A DNA stretch of 64,000 nucleotides from a virus: positions 48,230-112,229 of the IMG/VR virus record IMGVR_UViG_3300048883_000431; one strand, written 5' to 3'. Shown in pieces: positions 9,039 through 19,621 of the stretch (positions are counted from its first letter, which is position 1; every line of letters begins with the position of its first letter). A model generated the notes under the pieces. That model was not told the DNA's origin, did not search any database, and saw only the letters and a program-made list of their open reading frames with translations. Position numbers and translations under genes: made by a program.

Positions 9039-12000
9039 ATGCCATCTGAGCGGTTTTTCCTACAGGTATGGGACAAGGACGCGAAGCTCGTCACCCACTG
9101 GCTCCCCTACGCCCACGACATTGTGGAGGAGGAGGAGCTCAACGTCGAGCACACGCTCAAGTTCAAGCTCCCCATGTCGGACTCGCGGTCGGCTGACGTC
9201 GGGTTCCGTAATATCGTGCGGCTCATCGACGCGGAGAAGGGGTTCTTCGCTACGTCGTGCTCCGGTGTGGACGAGGGAGCCAAGACGATAGACGTTCCTG
9301 ACGCAAGTCGCCTATCCGTGGACGACTACGTCCTCATCTACGACTCCCCGACCACGCCAACCAAGTCGTTCGTCGCCAAGATACTCGCCGTGGACGGAAC
9401 AACGCTGACGCTGTCACGGATGGACTTCGTGCCCACCGCAGGGACAGAGTCTGGCGGACGCACCTACGCGGAGATTGAGGGGGACGCCTACGTCGACTGG
9501 GTGGGGCGCGGGTACATCGACCTCCTCGGCGACTCGGGCGTCGCGAGTACCGGGTCGCCGGTAATGAAGTGGACGGGTAAGACGTTCCGCGTATGGGACG
9601 TCCGAGACAGTCGCGGGGCGGACGGAGCCCCCGTCCGGGATGTCACGTGCAACCACATAAGCTACGACCTCAACGACACACGGTTCCTAATAGACAGTCG
9701 AACGGACATCACGTTTGGACTGGCATCCACACAGTCGGTTACCAGCAAGCTCATCACCCCGGAGAGGATAGTGGACGAGGTCGTCAAGACCCAGAGAACC
9801 GCGGCAACCGATTTCTCCAATGGGTGGATCAAGGGCGACATCAGTGCACAACTGACGAAGCGTACGGAGACCACCTACTCCGCGTCCGTGGCGATAAGCA
9901 CGGCATCGAGGACGGTGACGGGAACCGGAACCTCCTTCCTATCGGGGGTACGGCAGGGGAGCCGACTCTACACGATCAACCTCGGGACCCTCAACGCCAT
10001 TGTCGACTACGTGGTTTCCGACACGGAGCTACTACTCAAGTCCCTCCCACGGTTCACCACGACATCCGCAGTTATACAGACCGACCCCGACGTCCGCACC
10101 TTCGAGTTCGACACCAACGGGAGCCTTCGATCCGCCATCGTCAAGATAGCGGAGGTCTGGCGTGACGACAAACAGGACGTCCACCTGACCTACGGCGAGG
10201 ACAAGTCGATCAACGTGGCGAAGGTGGATAACCCGAACGCATCCGATCCCACCGGGGACATGGAGATACGTCTCGGGAAGAACCTCCAGTCGTCCTCGCG
10301 GAAGCAAGACGTAGCGGGGTTCGGGAACACCGTGTACGCGACGGGCGGGACAAGCGGGTGGGTGGGAGCGCAAACGGGACAGCACTTTACCATAGGGGGT
10401 AATCCGGCCACGCTTCCGTTCCACCGTAACACCCGTGACAAGTTCCGTCTAGACACCCCGACCGAGATACGTCAGCTACGGTGGGGCGACCCCGTCACGA
10501 TCATGCACCAGCCCATGAACGTGAACGTGAGCGGGTGGACTGACGACAACGAGATTTTGATTAACTTCCGCGGGGCAATCCCCACCATATCCAGCGCTCT
10601 AGGCGATACGTTCGGCCACCTCGACTCCGACACAACCTACTACTTCCGAGTGGCTCCGGTGGACGCGGACGGTAAGGAGGGGCCTGCCTCACTGGAGGCC
10701 ACGGAAACACTGGCCCCTGGGGAGCACTCCGTCATGGTGTCCTACTCGGGGGGCGGGTCTACCTACAGGGTCTACTTCTCAACCACATCCGGGGAGTACA
10801 CGGAATACATCACCGACACGGCCTCCCCCTTCCAGCTTACGACCGAGGGAGGGGCCAAGAAGGGCTCCCCCAAGGACTTCGACGCGACGAGCTACACAAA
10901 CGGCATGATACTCGTCCGTGACTACGACAGCTCCGGTGCGGGCTCGGTCGTCGACGTGGACATCGGAGCGGGACAGCTACGGACCATCGAGTCCATGACC
11001 AAGGTGGGCCACGTGTCGAACACGGACGAGTCCTCTCTCTACTACCGCGTCAAGACTACCAGCCCTTGGGCAGTCCTTCCGTCAACCCACTACGATGTCG
11101 TCTTGTGCAAGGGCCCCGACGCGTTTATGACTCCCATAACCGGGTTCGGGGTGTTCCAGAAGCGTCTGCCGTCCGACGGAAGCTACTCCAGCCAGGAGCC
11201 CCATGCCACCATCGAGACTGGGTCGGGGGGCCGCCGGTTCAACGCGCGGCTCGGGGACCCGGGGGTGGGGTACCAGTCAAGCACCCACGCTTCGGGCTTT
11301 GACACGTTCAAGGACCACTACACGGGCGGGGTCATCCAGCTTAGGGACAGTAGGGGGACGTCCGCTACGACTAGTTCCCTGGCGGACGATACCCAGCTTG
11401 ACGGGCAGCAGCGAGTGATACTGTCCAGCGGGCGTGGGAGTCAGAACGAGTCCCACGCGTCGCAGACGGACATGATCGTTAAGTTCAAGAGCCCCGGAAC
11501 CCTCAACAACCTCCTCCCCCACTACGAGATGACGGGTCCATCGCAGCTTGTGCACGAATACGACGACGGGGACTACGACATCACCACGGAAATCGTTACC
11601 ACCCCAGTCAACGGACTGAGGGTCACGGTGGTCGGGGCGGAGCGCACACGTACGAACACGGTGACCTACACCAACTCGGCGTCACAGAAGTACGGGCAGG
11701 ATCGCGGCGGGGAACTCGACTTCCTTGAGATTTCCGTGGGGGACGAAGTCTACGCGGAGTACGGCGGGGAGTGGCTGATCGGGAACGTGGGGATGGTCGA
11801 CGTGGCCAACAAGCGTGTCTGGCTCGACGGCGGGTTTATCAACGGGATGTACACCGGAGGGTCACTCGACGAGCACACCCCGTCGACGAACGCCCCCATG
11901 ATTATCCGCAAGCCTCGGCCCAACTTCAACCACGAGTCCGGCATTGGAAACATGTTCCATCCGGTCCTTCACCGGGACAGTGCCGGGGACGGGGATTCGC

Positions 12001-13655
12001 CGGATTCTGTTCAGGGACACTGCTACTTGGCGGAAGCGGACTACACCGACTCGGGTGGGGATACCGCCTCCTGGGGGACTGGTGCTGAATCCGACGTCGG
12101 CGGGGTCAAGGAGGGGATTGGGCACGCCCTGGAGGTATCCACGCAGAGCGCGATTGAGAACCAGCTCTACCTTCTTTGGGACGGCGCGGCATCGACCACG
12201 CACACCGACATCACCCTCAAAAGGATACTCCTCGTTCGGCCGAACACCTTCACCTGGGTGTCGACCCTACAGTCCCCCTTCAAGTACGCCGACGGGGATG
12301 TTGTCGTTCTTATGATCGCGGAGACCGGCGGTCCCCTAACAATTGGTAAGCGCATTGCGGGGCAGTCCTGGGTCTACGGGGTCACCGGGGACCTCTCGGA
12401 GGACCACGAGTACGGGGGTATCACGGGGACGGCGATCCCGGTCCAGGATGGGCATGGGGTAAGGTTCCCCGCCGGGTCGCGTGTCTTCATCGGTGCCCAG
12501 GCCCCAAACACCGCCATCGAGTACGCCACCCGACGGGGGGACGCTAGGCTCGGGCAGGTACGCGAGGTGGACAGTGTGGTAGTGGGCGCGGATCAGTCCC
12601 CCACGAGAGCGTTCGACATTCTCAACCTCACGGCGCGTTTGGACACCCTCCCCCAGCCGGGCGACCGGGTCGAGGTCCTGACGGTGGCGGACGCGGCGTC
12701 GATCTCCACCTACGGGCGCGTGGAACGCCCTGCCGAGCACACGGAAATCCTGGACCCCGAGGAGCTCTACCGGATTGCCCGGAAGGACTTACGACTAGGG
12801 AAGGACCCGATCCCACGCTACGAGGTGTCCGTGCTTGATCTGGAGTTTATGAACCCGACCAGTCGATACGAGTTCGACGGGGCGGTCATCGGGAACACAT
12901 ACAGGATCATAGACAGCGACTACGACCTGGATAGGTCTGACTTCAAGCTCGTGAAGATCAAGCGGGACTACGAGACCCCCCTTGAGTCCCGGATGCAGTT
13001 CGACCACCACGAGAAGACGCTCATGCGTGGATTCACTCTGTCCACGGAGTTCCGTCTCCGCAAGGAAGCCCTGGCGAGAGAGCAAGTACGGTACGCCCAG
13101 GACTCGCCCAAGTGCATCTACTTCGACACGGTCACCCGACGGTGCAGGAAGGTCAAGCCGCCGAACTCGTTCTGCAATACGCAGTCGAGCAACCGCGACG
13201 GGCGTCTTCGCGGCGACAACGCACGCTTGACCACCAGTGACTGTCGGAACTTCACCCCGCCTGACAACGCGAACCTGAAATTCTTCAGCCACACGGATTC
13301 GCAGAGCTTCACGCTGGGGAGTGGGACCACGAGCCTGTCCTTCGACCTCGACGTGCTCGCCAACCCCGATCAAGGGACCACGGGGATGCAGTGGGACATC
13401 GAGGACAAGCCGAAGCCCGTCGCGTTCGTGACCGACGCCTACTACCTGGACCAGTACTCCAACAAGACGTACGTGTCCCCCGGGGACCTCTCCGCCACGT
13501 TTGACCAGGACGACGACGGGGAGTTCACACCCAACGACGCTTTCTTCGGTACGGGAGCCCGTGTTACAATAGCCAGAGCCGGGTCGTTTGACTCCGGCGA
13601 GGCGTTGACCATCTTAGGAACACTACTGGTCGTTCTTCCTGGGTCTAGGGCTTAA
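9039..13655 (+). CDS. Tal-like baseplate hub / host-specificity tail protein with an FN3-like insertion
   Basis: Segments EEELNVEHTLKFKLP, IRLGKNL, SISTYG, PRYEVSVLDL typical of siphophage minor tail proteins; FN3-like TTYYFRVAPVD..G.EG. Confidence 0.7.
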   Translation: MPSERFFLQVWDKDAKLVTHWLPYAHDIVEEEELNVEHTLKFKLPMSDSRSADVGFRNIVRLIDAEKGFFATSCSGVDEGAKTIDVPDASRLSVDDYVLIYDSPTTPTKSFVAKILAVDGTTLTLSRMDFVPTAGTESGGRTYAEIEGDAYVDWVGRGYIDLLGDSGVASTGSPVMKWTGKTFRVWDVRDSRGADGAPVRDVTCNHISYDLNDTRFLIDSRTDITFGLASTQSVTSKLITPERIVDEVVKTQRTAATDFSNGWIKGDISAQLTKRTETTYSASVAISTASRTVTGTGTSFLSGVRQGSRLYTINLGTLNAIVDYVVSDTELLLKSLPRFTTTSAVIQTDPDVRTFEFDTNGSLRSAIVKIAEVWRDDKQDVHLTYGEDKSINVAKVDNPNASDPTGDMEIRLGKNLQSSSRKQDVAGFGNTVYATGGTSGWVGAQTGQHFTIGGNPATLPFHRNTRDKFRLDTPTEIRQLRWGDPVTIMHQPMNVNVSGWTDDNEILINFRGAIPTISSALGDTFGHLDSDTTYYFRVAPVDADGKEGPASLEATETLAPGEHSVMVSYSGGGSTYRVYFSTTSGEYTEYITDTASPFQLTTEGGAKKGSPKDFDATSYTNGMILVRDYDSSGAGSVVDVDIGAGQLRTIESMTKVGHVSNTDESSLYYRVKTTSPWAVLPSTHYDVVLCKGPDAFMTPITGFGVFQKRLPSDGSYSSQEPHATIETGSGGRRFNARLGDPGVGYQSSTHASGFDTFKDHYTGGVIQLRDSRGTSATTSSLADDTQLDGQQRVILSSGRGSQNESHASQTDMIVKFKSPGTLNNLLPHYEMTGPSQLVHEYDDGDYDITTEIVTTPVNGLRVTVVGAERTRTNTVTYTNSASQKYGQDRGGELDFLEISVGDEVYAEYGGEWLIGNVGMVDVANKRVWLDGGFINGMYTGGSLDEHTPSTNAPMIIRKPRPNFNHESGIGNMFHPVLHRDSAGDGDSPDSVQGHCYLAEADYTDSGGDTASWGTGAESDVGGVKEGIGHALEVSTQSAIENQLYLLWDGAASTTHTDITLKRILLVRPNTFTWVSTLQSPFKYADGDVVVLMIAETGGPLTIGKRIAGQSWVYGVTGDLSEDHEYGGITGTAIPVQDGHGVRFPAGSRVFIGAQAPNTAIEYATRRGDARLGQVREVDSVVVGADQSPTRAFDILNLTARLDTLPQPGDRVEVLTVADAASISTYGRVERPAEHTEILDPEELYRIARKDLRLGKDPIPRYEVSVLDLEFMNPTSRYEFDGAVIGNTYRIIDSDYDLDRSDFKLVKIKRDYETPLESRMQFDHHEKTLMRGFTLSTEFRLRKEALAREQVRYAQDSPKCIYFDTVTRRCRKVKPPNSFCNTQSSNRDGRLRGDNARLTTSDCRNFTPPDNANLKFFSHTDSQSFTLGSGTTSLSFDLDVLANPDQGTTGMQWDIEDKPKPVAFVTDAYYLDQYSNKTYVSPGDLSATFDQDDDGEFTPNDAFFGTGARVTIARAGSFDSGEALTILGTLLVVLPGSRA

Positions 13656-15802
13656 TGGGACACAACTCCATCGTCTACCAGAGGGAAACTGGGGCCATCG
13701 TCCAGAAGACCTCGTCCATGTCCGTCCTTCAGCCGCGCGATGTAGCTAAGGGGCTGGTTCTCCTACATCTCCCGGCCCATCTCAGCCGAATACTGCTGGT
13801 GGAGCACACCCACGTCCGATTGTCCAACGGGGAGGCTGTCGGCTTCCACGCCGTGGGCGGTGGGTTCGGGGGGTCAGCAATATCCCACACCCAGCCCCTG
13901 GTACCCGACGGCAAGGCCAGTAAGATCGCGGTGTCCGCTCTTGGGGACGTCATACTGTCCCTACCCGCTGCCGAAGAATACGCCCGGACCCTTGACGGGG
14001 GGATCACCTACATAACCGACGGGCAGATGGTCGAGTTCCTGAGTCGGATTCCGTTCGTAGCCCGCGCGGTCTCCGGTCTACGCGCAAGATACGCCCCTGG
14101 GAGATACATCAACCTCGGGACACTGGGCGAGGCGGTTCCTCCAAGCGAACGACTCCCCCGACCGGAGCAGTACGCGGACATCCTTGGGGTCACCCTCAGC
14201 CTGACGAGTATGCCGAATTACCTGACGTCGGGACCAGAGGAACTGGCCTGGGCCTCGTCCGTCGTGGAGAATCTCCCTCGCCCCATCGTGATGGTGTCCC
14301 CCTTCACGGGGAGCACGTTGAAGGAGTGGCGTAAGGAGCGCGATCTCATGGCAGCCATGCCCGACGTGACCTTCCTGATGGTGGGGAAGAAGTCGGCGTC
14401 CACCGGGCTAGACAACGTCGTGAGCTTGGGCGGTCGGACAACGGTCACGTCGCTCATGTCCCTGATGACACTGTGCGATGCAGGCGGCTTCTTGGACACC
14501 GGACTCATGCACGTGGCCGGTATGGTGGGGACGCCCTACGTTGCAGTCTTTGGAGGGGTCCATCCCCCGGTCGAGTTCACATCCCTCTACGATACCGTCC
14601 ACACGCTGTCATCGCGGGATCATCGCGCCGTCACGGACATGTCCACGTCGGACTGCTCCCCCTGCTACCTCGGTAAGTCAGGCTCATGCTTGGGGACCGA
14701 GCACGAGCGGTGGTGTATGCGGAGTATCGAGATCGACGAGGTGGGGACCAAGCTCCGGGAAGTGCTTGATGGGAACGGGCGCAGGGGGCCGAGTAAGTGG
14801 TCCACGCCGAAGGGGCGTCCACGAAAGGCCACAAAGAGCGTAGCAGTTGTGTGCGTTGGCGGGTTCGGGGACACCCTGGTGGCCCTCAACACCCTCCGGG
14901 AGTTATCCCCCAAGCTCCGAGAATCCTACCCAAGCGCGGAGATCGACTTCGTAGTTCGGGACGACTATCGGGCACTGAAGGACCTGCCCTGGTTTGACAA
15001 CTGGCGGGCGGTCTCCGGTGGCACGACCCAGGCGAAGTCCATGGAGTGGTGCCAGAGTAACTACGACCTCACGATAGAGCTCAAGCACGGCAACCCCAAG
15101 TCGGACCCGTTCGGTCCCGACCCCATAGCTCTGGTACAGTCCAGAAACCTCGGAGACCTGTCGTTTACCCCGGACGGTGGGACTCTCACGCACCACCTCG
15201 ACGTCCTCTCCCCTGGACGTGCCGAGGTGGCCCGGCTATCCCGGGTGCTTCCGCCCGAAGGGGAGTACGTGGTCTTGGCGAACGGGACCGACGTGACACT
15301 TGGGAATCTGACGAAGGCAGTGGGGGGCAAGTTCTTCGGCGACCTGGGACGCCTCATCGCCGAAGCCGGGCTTACGCCGGTGGTCGTAGGTGTCAAGGGG
15401 GCGGGAGCTGTCGCGATCCCCGGCGCGCTCGATCTTGTGGGGAAGACCAGTCTCGGAGGGCTGGCGTCCGTCCTTCGCGGCGCGCGCGGGGTGGTGTCCA
15501 TCGACAACGGGGTTGTTCACCTCGCCTCCCAGATAGGCGTCCCGTGTGTCGTTCTGTTTGGGCCGACCAGCGCCGCCTTCTGGGGGTACGAGTTCAACCT
15601 GAACGTGACCCCCGAACCAAACACCTGCAGCGAGGCCCCCTGCTGGCTTACCACCCGGGATTGGCACACGGCCTGCAAGGTCGACCCGATGTCCACCGGG
15701 ACCCCGGCCTGCATGGGTTCGTATGACGCTGCTAGAATATGGGCGTTGGCTGGTCGCTATCTGGAAGATCGTCAGCTCGGGGGCGTCGTCGCGTCGTCGT
15801 GA
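13655..15802 (+). CDS. tandem GT9 (heptosyltransferase-like) glycosyltransferase
   Basis: Two GT9 units: LGDVILSLPA...DTGLMHVA...P.VAVFG and GGFGDTL...DNGVVHLA...P.VVLFGPT, each ending in a Cys-rich tail. Confidence 0.85.
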   Translation: MGHNSIVYQRETGAIVQKTSSMSVLQPRDVAKGLVLLHLPAHLSRILLVEHTHVRLSNGEAVGFHAVGGGFGGSAISHTQPLVPDGKASKIAVSALGDVILSLPAAEEYARTLDGGITYITDGQMVEFLSRIPFVARAVSGLRARYAPGRYINLGTLGEAVPPSERLPRPEQYADILGVTLSLTSMPNYLTSGPEELAWASSVVENLPRPIVMVSPFTGSTLKEWRKERDLMAAMPDVTFLMVGKKSASTGLDNVVSLGGRTTVTSLMSLMTLCDAGGFLDTGLMHVAGMVGTPYVAVFGGVHPPVEFTSLYDTVHTLSSRDHRAVTDMSTSDCSPCYLGKSGSCLGTEHERWCMRSIEIDEVGTKLREVLDGNGRRGPSKWSTPKGRPRKATKSVAVVCVGGFGDTLVALNTLRELSPKLRESYPSAEIDFVVRDDYRALKDLPWFDNWRAVSGGTTQAKSMEWCQSNYDLTIELKHGNPKSDPFGPDPIALVQSRNLGDLSFTPDGGTLTHHLDVLSPGRAEVARLSRVLPPEGEYVVLANGTDVTLGNLTKAVGGKFFGDLGRLIAEAGLTPVVVGVKGAGAVAIPGALDLVGKTSLGGLASVLRGARGVVSIDNGVVHLASQIGVPCVVLFGPTSAAFWGYEFNLNVTPEPNTCSEAPCWLTTRDWHTACKVDPMSTGTPACMGSYDAARIWALAGRYLEDRQLGGVVASS

Positions 15803-16748
15803 ACGCCTCCCTGACCGCCTTGGCTGCCCTCGCGACCTTGAATCCGACCACCAAGTGCCCTCCCACCCTCATAACGCGCTGACGGGCTTCCCACGCACCG
15901 AGGTGATCCCCCGATACGTTCACGGAGCACCGACGCACCGTGGGGTCAGCCATCTCCGCGATGACCGTGTCCCTGTACGCGCCGTCTCTCCTACGGATGG
16001 ACACCCCGAACATGTCGACCGGCTCCCCGTCCAGGTCAGTCCGGTAGTCCTCGATGTTGTCGTAAGCGCCGTCGAGCTTCCCCTGGAAGTAGTGGCTCAT
16101 CGTCTTGCGTTCGTAGGCAGTAGGGATGGCGTAGTACTCGAAGTTCTGGATGTAGACCGTGTTGGGGGAGTTGAAGTCCGGCGGGCTCTGCCCCCGCCAC
16201 CCGTCGGTGCACAGGTTCACGGACACGGGTACCGGGATGTCGCGGGAGCCCATCAGTAGACCAGCCCCCATCCGCTCCTTGCCCCCGTGGTGCAGGTCCG
16301 GGTGGTTGCGAGAGAGAACCGGGAGGACCTTGGGGATGGCGTGCTTAACATGCCAACCGTTGAAGTAGTTGACCGACCCTAGTCCTATGGACACGACACT
16401 ACGCGGAAGGGGCGGGAGAACCTTCTGGAAGAGCGGTGCCACCGTGCGGTCGATCACCCAATACGGCTCCATCTCGATGAGCCAGTCCTGCCCCAGCTTA
16501 CGTCGGGTCTCCGTCTTCCACTGGCCGAGGGGGCCCGCGACGTTGAGGGGGATGTTCGCCTCCTCGACAGTGACGTTCTGGTACTGACCCGCCAACTCCT
16601 GGCAGAGCTCGTGTGTCCCGTCCTCGAACCGTGGGTCGTAGTCGATGTGGACCCGCTCCACGACGGCGGCGACGGCGTCGACGGACGCACGGAGTGGCTC
16701 GTCGAACTCGACAGGACGGCTGAGGTTGTAGAAGGCCGCTACTGACAT
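15732..16748 (-). CDS. degenerate GT-A (GT2-like) glycosyltransferase
   Basis: ...EDGTHEL... and DWLIEMEPYW at the position where the DxD motif normally lies. Confidence 0.4.
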   Translation of the reverse strand: MSVAAFYNLSRPVEFDEPLRASVDAVAAVVERVHIDYDPRFEDGTHELCQELAGQYQNVTVEEANIPLNVAGPLGQWKTETRRKLGQDWLIEMEPYWVIDRTVAPLFQKVLPPLPRSVVSIGLGSVNYFNGWHVKHAIPKVLPVLSRNHPDLHHGGKERMGAGLLMGSRDIPVPVSVNLCTDGWRGQSPPDFNSPNTVYIQNFEYYAIPTAYERKTMSHYFQGKLDGAYDNIEDYRTDLDGEPVDMFGVSIRRRDGAYRDTVIAEMADPTVRRCSVNVSGDHLGAWEARQRVMRVGGHLVVGFKVARAAKAVREAFTTTRRRPRADDLPDSDQPTPIF

Positions 16749-16757
16749 CGTTACCCC

Positions 16758-17831
16758 TTACTGGAGATCATGGAGCCACCTGTTGAGCTTCTCGGCGTGG
16801 AAGTCCCAGTCGAACAGGGTCTGCGCTATATCGTAGCATCGACGCCCCACGCGGTCAAGCCAGGGAATGTCCGACGTGAGCTCGCGGATGAGTCCAGCAC
16901 AGCTCTCCGGGCTGTTCAGGTCAAACTCGAAGCAGGTCTCGCCGGGGATGAGGTACCTCCCGGCGGTGCGGAAAGCGTAGAACGACTGTGGCACCAGGGC
17001 GGGGCGTCCCGCGTAGACGGTCTGGAGTAGCGAGTGTCCCCACCCCTCGTGCAGCTTCATGTGGAGATTCAGGGAGGTGTCGCGGACCTTCCCCGGAATC
17101 TCGCCCTCGGACAGAAGTTCGGACGCCTCCCCCTCGTTCCCCCCACCGTACAGAAGGAACTCATGTCCAGGAAGCTGCCCCCGCACGGTCTTCCAGTATC
17201 CGTAGGGGTCGTATCGAACCTCGTCGGTGGGTGCCTGGCAGTAGGGGCACTCCCTGGTGTCAAAGTCGTGCTTCACGAACTGCGCGTTGGTCATGTCCGT
17301 AAAGCAGTTGATGAAGGTCCCAATGCGCCGCGCGTTGGCGTGCGTTATGGGGGTATAGGACTCCCCGCACTGGAGGTTGAGCTCCTGGGGGAGCATGATC
17401 TTGCGTACCCCCGGAGGGGCGGCATTGTAGGTGAAGGTGTCCGACGATATTAGGTTCGGGAAGTCCGCCCAGGAGTACTGCGTCCCCTCGTTGCCCGCAT
17501 GGCAGACCATCTTCGCGTTGGGGTGGTACTTGTCCCGCCACTTGGTGAACAGGGGCATGGTGTCGATCCGCGTGCACAGCAGAATGTCCCACTCGGTGTC
17601 TCTGAACTCCGAGAACCCGATGGTCCCGTGCGGCGGCCACCCTTCGCGGTCGGGCCACGCGCCCCAGTCCTTGTCCCACATGCTTTCGTGGAAGATGCCG
17701 CCCCCAAAGGCACGCCACATCGGGGCGAAGGACTCGTCGGGTCCGTAAGCCTCGTGACCGCATCGACCGGACAGGGTGGACAGCAGTCCACGGAACAGTC
17801 CGTAGTGGTGGAAGTCAACGAATATCTTCAC
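16758..17831 (-). CDS. GT-B (GT4-like) glycosyltransferase
   Basis: K..EGWGHSLLQ..YAGRP motif near the C-terminus; GTG start with GGAAGGA RBS. Confidence 0.65.
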   Translation of the reverse strand: MKIFVDFHHYGLFRGLLSTLSGRCGHEAYGPDESFAPMWRAFGGGIFHESMWDKDWGAWPDREGWPPHGTIGFSEFRDTEWDILLCTRIDTMPLFTKWRDKYHPNAKMVCHAGNEGTQYSWADFPNLISSDTFTYNAAPPGVRKIMLPQELNLQCGESYTPITHANARRIGTFINCFTDMTNAQFVKHDFDTRECPYCQAPTDEVRYDPYGYWKTVRGQLPGHEFLLYGGGNEGEASELLSEGEIPGKVRDTSLNLHMKLHEGWGHSLLQTVYAGRPALVPQSFYAFRTAGRYLIPGETCFEFDLNSPESCAGLIRELTSDIPWLDRVGRRCYDIAQTLFDWDFHAEKLNRWLHDLQ

Positions 17832-18535
17832 GCCAGGTCCTTCCTTACCATGTACGCGTGCGGGTGTTCCCACAGTGCTCTCGGCCATTTCGGGTCTTCG
17901 ACGAAGTCGCCCTCAAGGAGGGACACGAACTCCGCCACACCGCCGCGTCCGTGCACCTCAGCAGCTATCCGCCTCATCCGTGTCAGGGTGGCGCGCGGTG
18001 CGTTCGCCACCACGTCCCACTCCGCCCCCTCGCAGTCCATCTTGAGTATCTGGACCTCACGGCTGGGGAAGTCCCGCAGTGCCGACCCCAGCGTGATGGT
18101 GTGGGTGACATAGTGACCACTGACCCACACCGGCGCGGTTTCCCCCACAAATCTGTGCGGTAAGTCGTCCATGGGGATTTTGACGGTCAGTGCCTCTCCG
18201 TCCACCCGGCCTATTGCGCGGCACCACAGAACGGGGGCCAGTGGGTGATCGTTGAGTGCGAAGTGGCACGCCTGTAGAGCTACGTTCTCAGGTATGGGCT
18301 CCACGATAACCGCCTGACACCCAAACAAGGCGGAGGCAGCGAGTCCGAACGCCCCGATATGACCGCCAACGTCCAGGACCAGGTCGCCTGCCCGCAGCCC
18401 CGCCTCGGCGAGACGGTAGACATCCTTGTGTATCACCTGGTGGGCTATGGACTTATCGTTGGTCCCCTCCCGATGGAACAGACGGAGGTCCCGCTTGGTG
18501 ACAATCGACGTGCGAGCCATCGGCTGACTATACAT
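17828..18535 (-). CDS. FkbM-family methyltransferase
   Basis: VLDVGGHIG and LKMDCEGAE motifs. Confidence 0.85.
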   Translation of the reverse strand: MYSQPMARTSIVTKRDLRLFHREGTNDKSIAHQVIHKDVYRLAEAGLRAGDLVLDVGGHIGAFGLAASALFGCQAVIVEPIPENVALQACHFALNDHPLAPVLWCRAIGRVDGEALTVKIPMDDLPHRFVGETAPVWVSGHYVTHTITLGSALRDFPSREVQILKMDCEGAEWDVVANAPRATLTRMRRIAAEVHGRGGVAEFVSLLEGDFVEDPKWPRALWEHPHAYMVRKDLA

Positions 18536-18536
18536 G

Positions 18537-19613
18537 CTACCAACTCCCAACGTATCCGCGCACGGCCTTGCGCCACTTAGCGTCAATCGTTGCGCGACCG
18601 AAGTGCTTGATGGCGGCGGCTCGCGCGCGACGCCCCATCTTCTCCCGCCGGTTCACCGCCTTCGAGGTGTTCCCCATGAGAGACTCAAGATCAGCCCTGC
18701 TCGGACTGTTGAGGACGAGGCACCCCTTACCAAGAATCTTGTCGAGCTCGAACCGTGGGAATATGGGGTCGCCGTGGTCGTAAGCGGGTGTGACCACGGG
18801 CATCCCGGTCATAGCAGCTTCCACTGGGGCGAGTGTGTAAGGGGCCGGGTGGGTACCGAGGTTGAAGAAGACGCTACTCGCCCGCATCTGCGCCTGGAGT
18901 TCGGTATACGATAGGAAGCGCGCGCTCTCACCGAGGGACTCGTTGCCCCTCCCCCCAAGAACCCAGTTGTCGCCCGGGCGTGTCTGGGTGAAGAGGTCCA
19001 TGTGGCAGGAGTCACGTCGGCTCTCCAACTGGTTGGCGACGTAGAGGACGTTTCCCTCGTGACCCGTCCAGCCCTTCCAGGTGTCCGGGTCCCGTCCGAA
19101 GTGGATGACCGGCATCTTGGAGGAAAACAGCGCCGCCTGGGACTTGGAGTAGCTCACAACGAGCGCCCCGTCGTCGTTCAGACACTGCAGCCCGAACTCC
19201 GCGTGCTTACTCATCTGTCCGTTGAGGTGGAGTATGAACGGCATGTGTGGGGCCAGGGCTCCCGCGTAGAGCGTGATGAACCCATACCCGAAGTCGCATT
19301 TCTTCGCGAAGTGCTCGATGGCGGTCCTGGCACGGTCATAGGTCCACGCGTCGATGGTGGGCGCGTCGCGGAAGGGGTCGTTCCCCTTCTCTCCGTATAG
19401 CTTCACCCATCCCTGGGTTCCCCAGATGGCGTCGTATATCTGCTCTTGGAGGTAGTAGTCGTCCTTCGTCGTGCCGACGTCAAGCTGCCCGCGCGACGGG
19501 TTGGCTCGCACCCCATAAACGGAGGGGGCGCACACGTCAAGCCCGAGGCGCTGGAACATGGTGATGAAATCCCACTCATGCTCCTCGTGCCCCGATGTCA
19601 TCATAACCCGCAT
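18537..19613 (-). CDS. GT-B (GT4-like) glycosyltransferase
   Basis: YTLAPVEAAMTGMPVV motif; C-terminal RARAAAIKHF helix. Confidence 0.7.
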   Translation of the reverse strand: MRVMMTSGHEEHEWDFITMFQRLGLDVCAPSVYGVRANPSRGQLDVGTTKDDYYLQEQIYDAIWGTQGWVKLYGEKGNDPFRDAPTIDAWTYDRARTAIEHFAKKCDFGYGFITLYAGALAPHMPFILHLNGQMSKHAEFGLQCLNDDGALVVSYSKSQAALFSSKMPVIHFGRDPDTWKGWTGHEGNVLYVANQLESRRDSCHMDLFTQTRPGDNWVLGGRGNESLGESARFLSYTELQAQMRASSVFFNLGTHPAPYTLAPVEAAMTGMPVVTPAYDHGDPIFPRFELDKILGKGCLVLNSPSRADLESLMGNTSKAVNRREKMGRRARAAAIKHFGRATIDAKWRKAVRGYVGSW

Positions 19614-19621
19614 GTCCGCCC

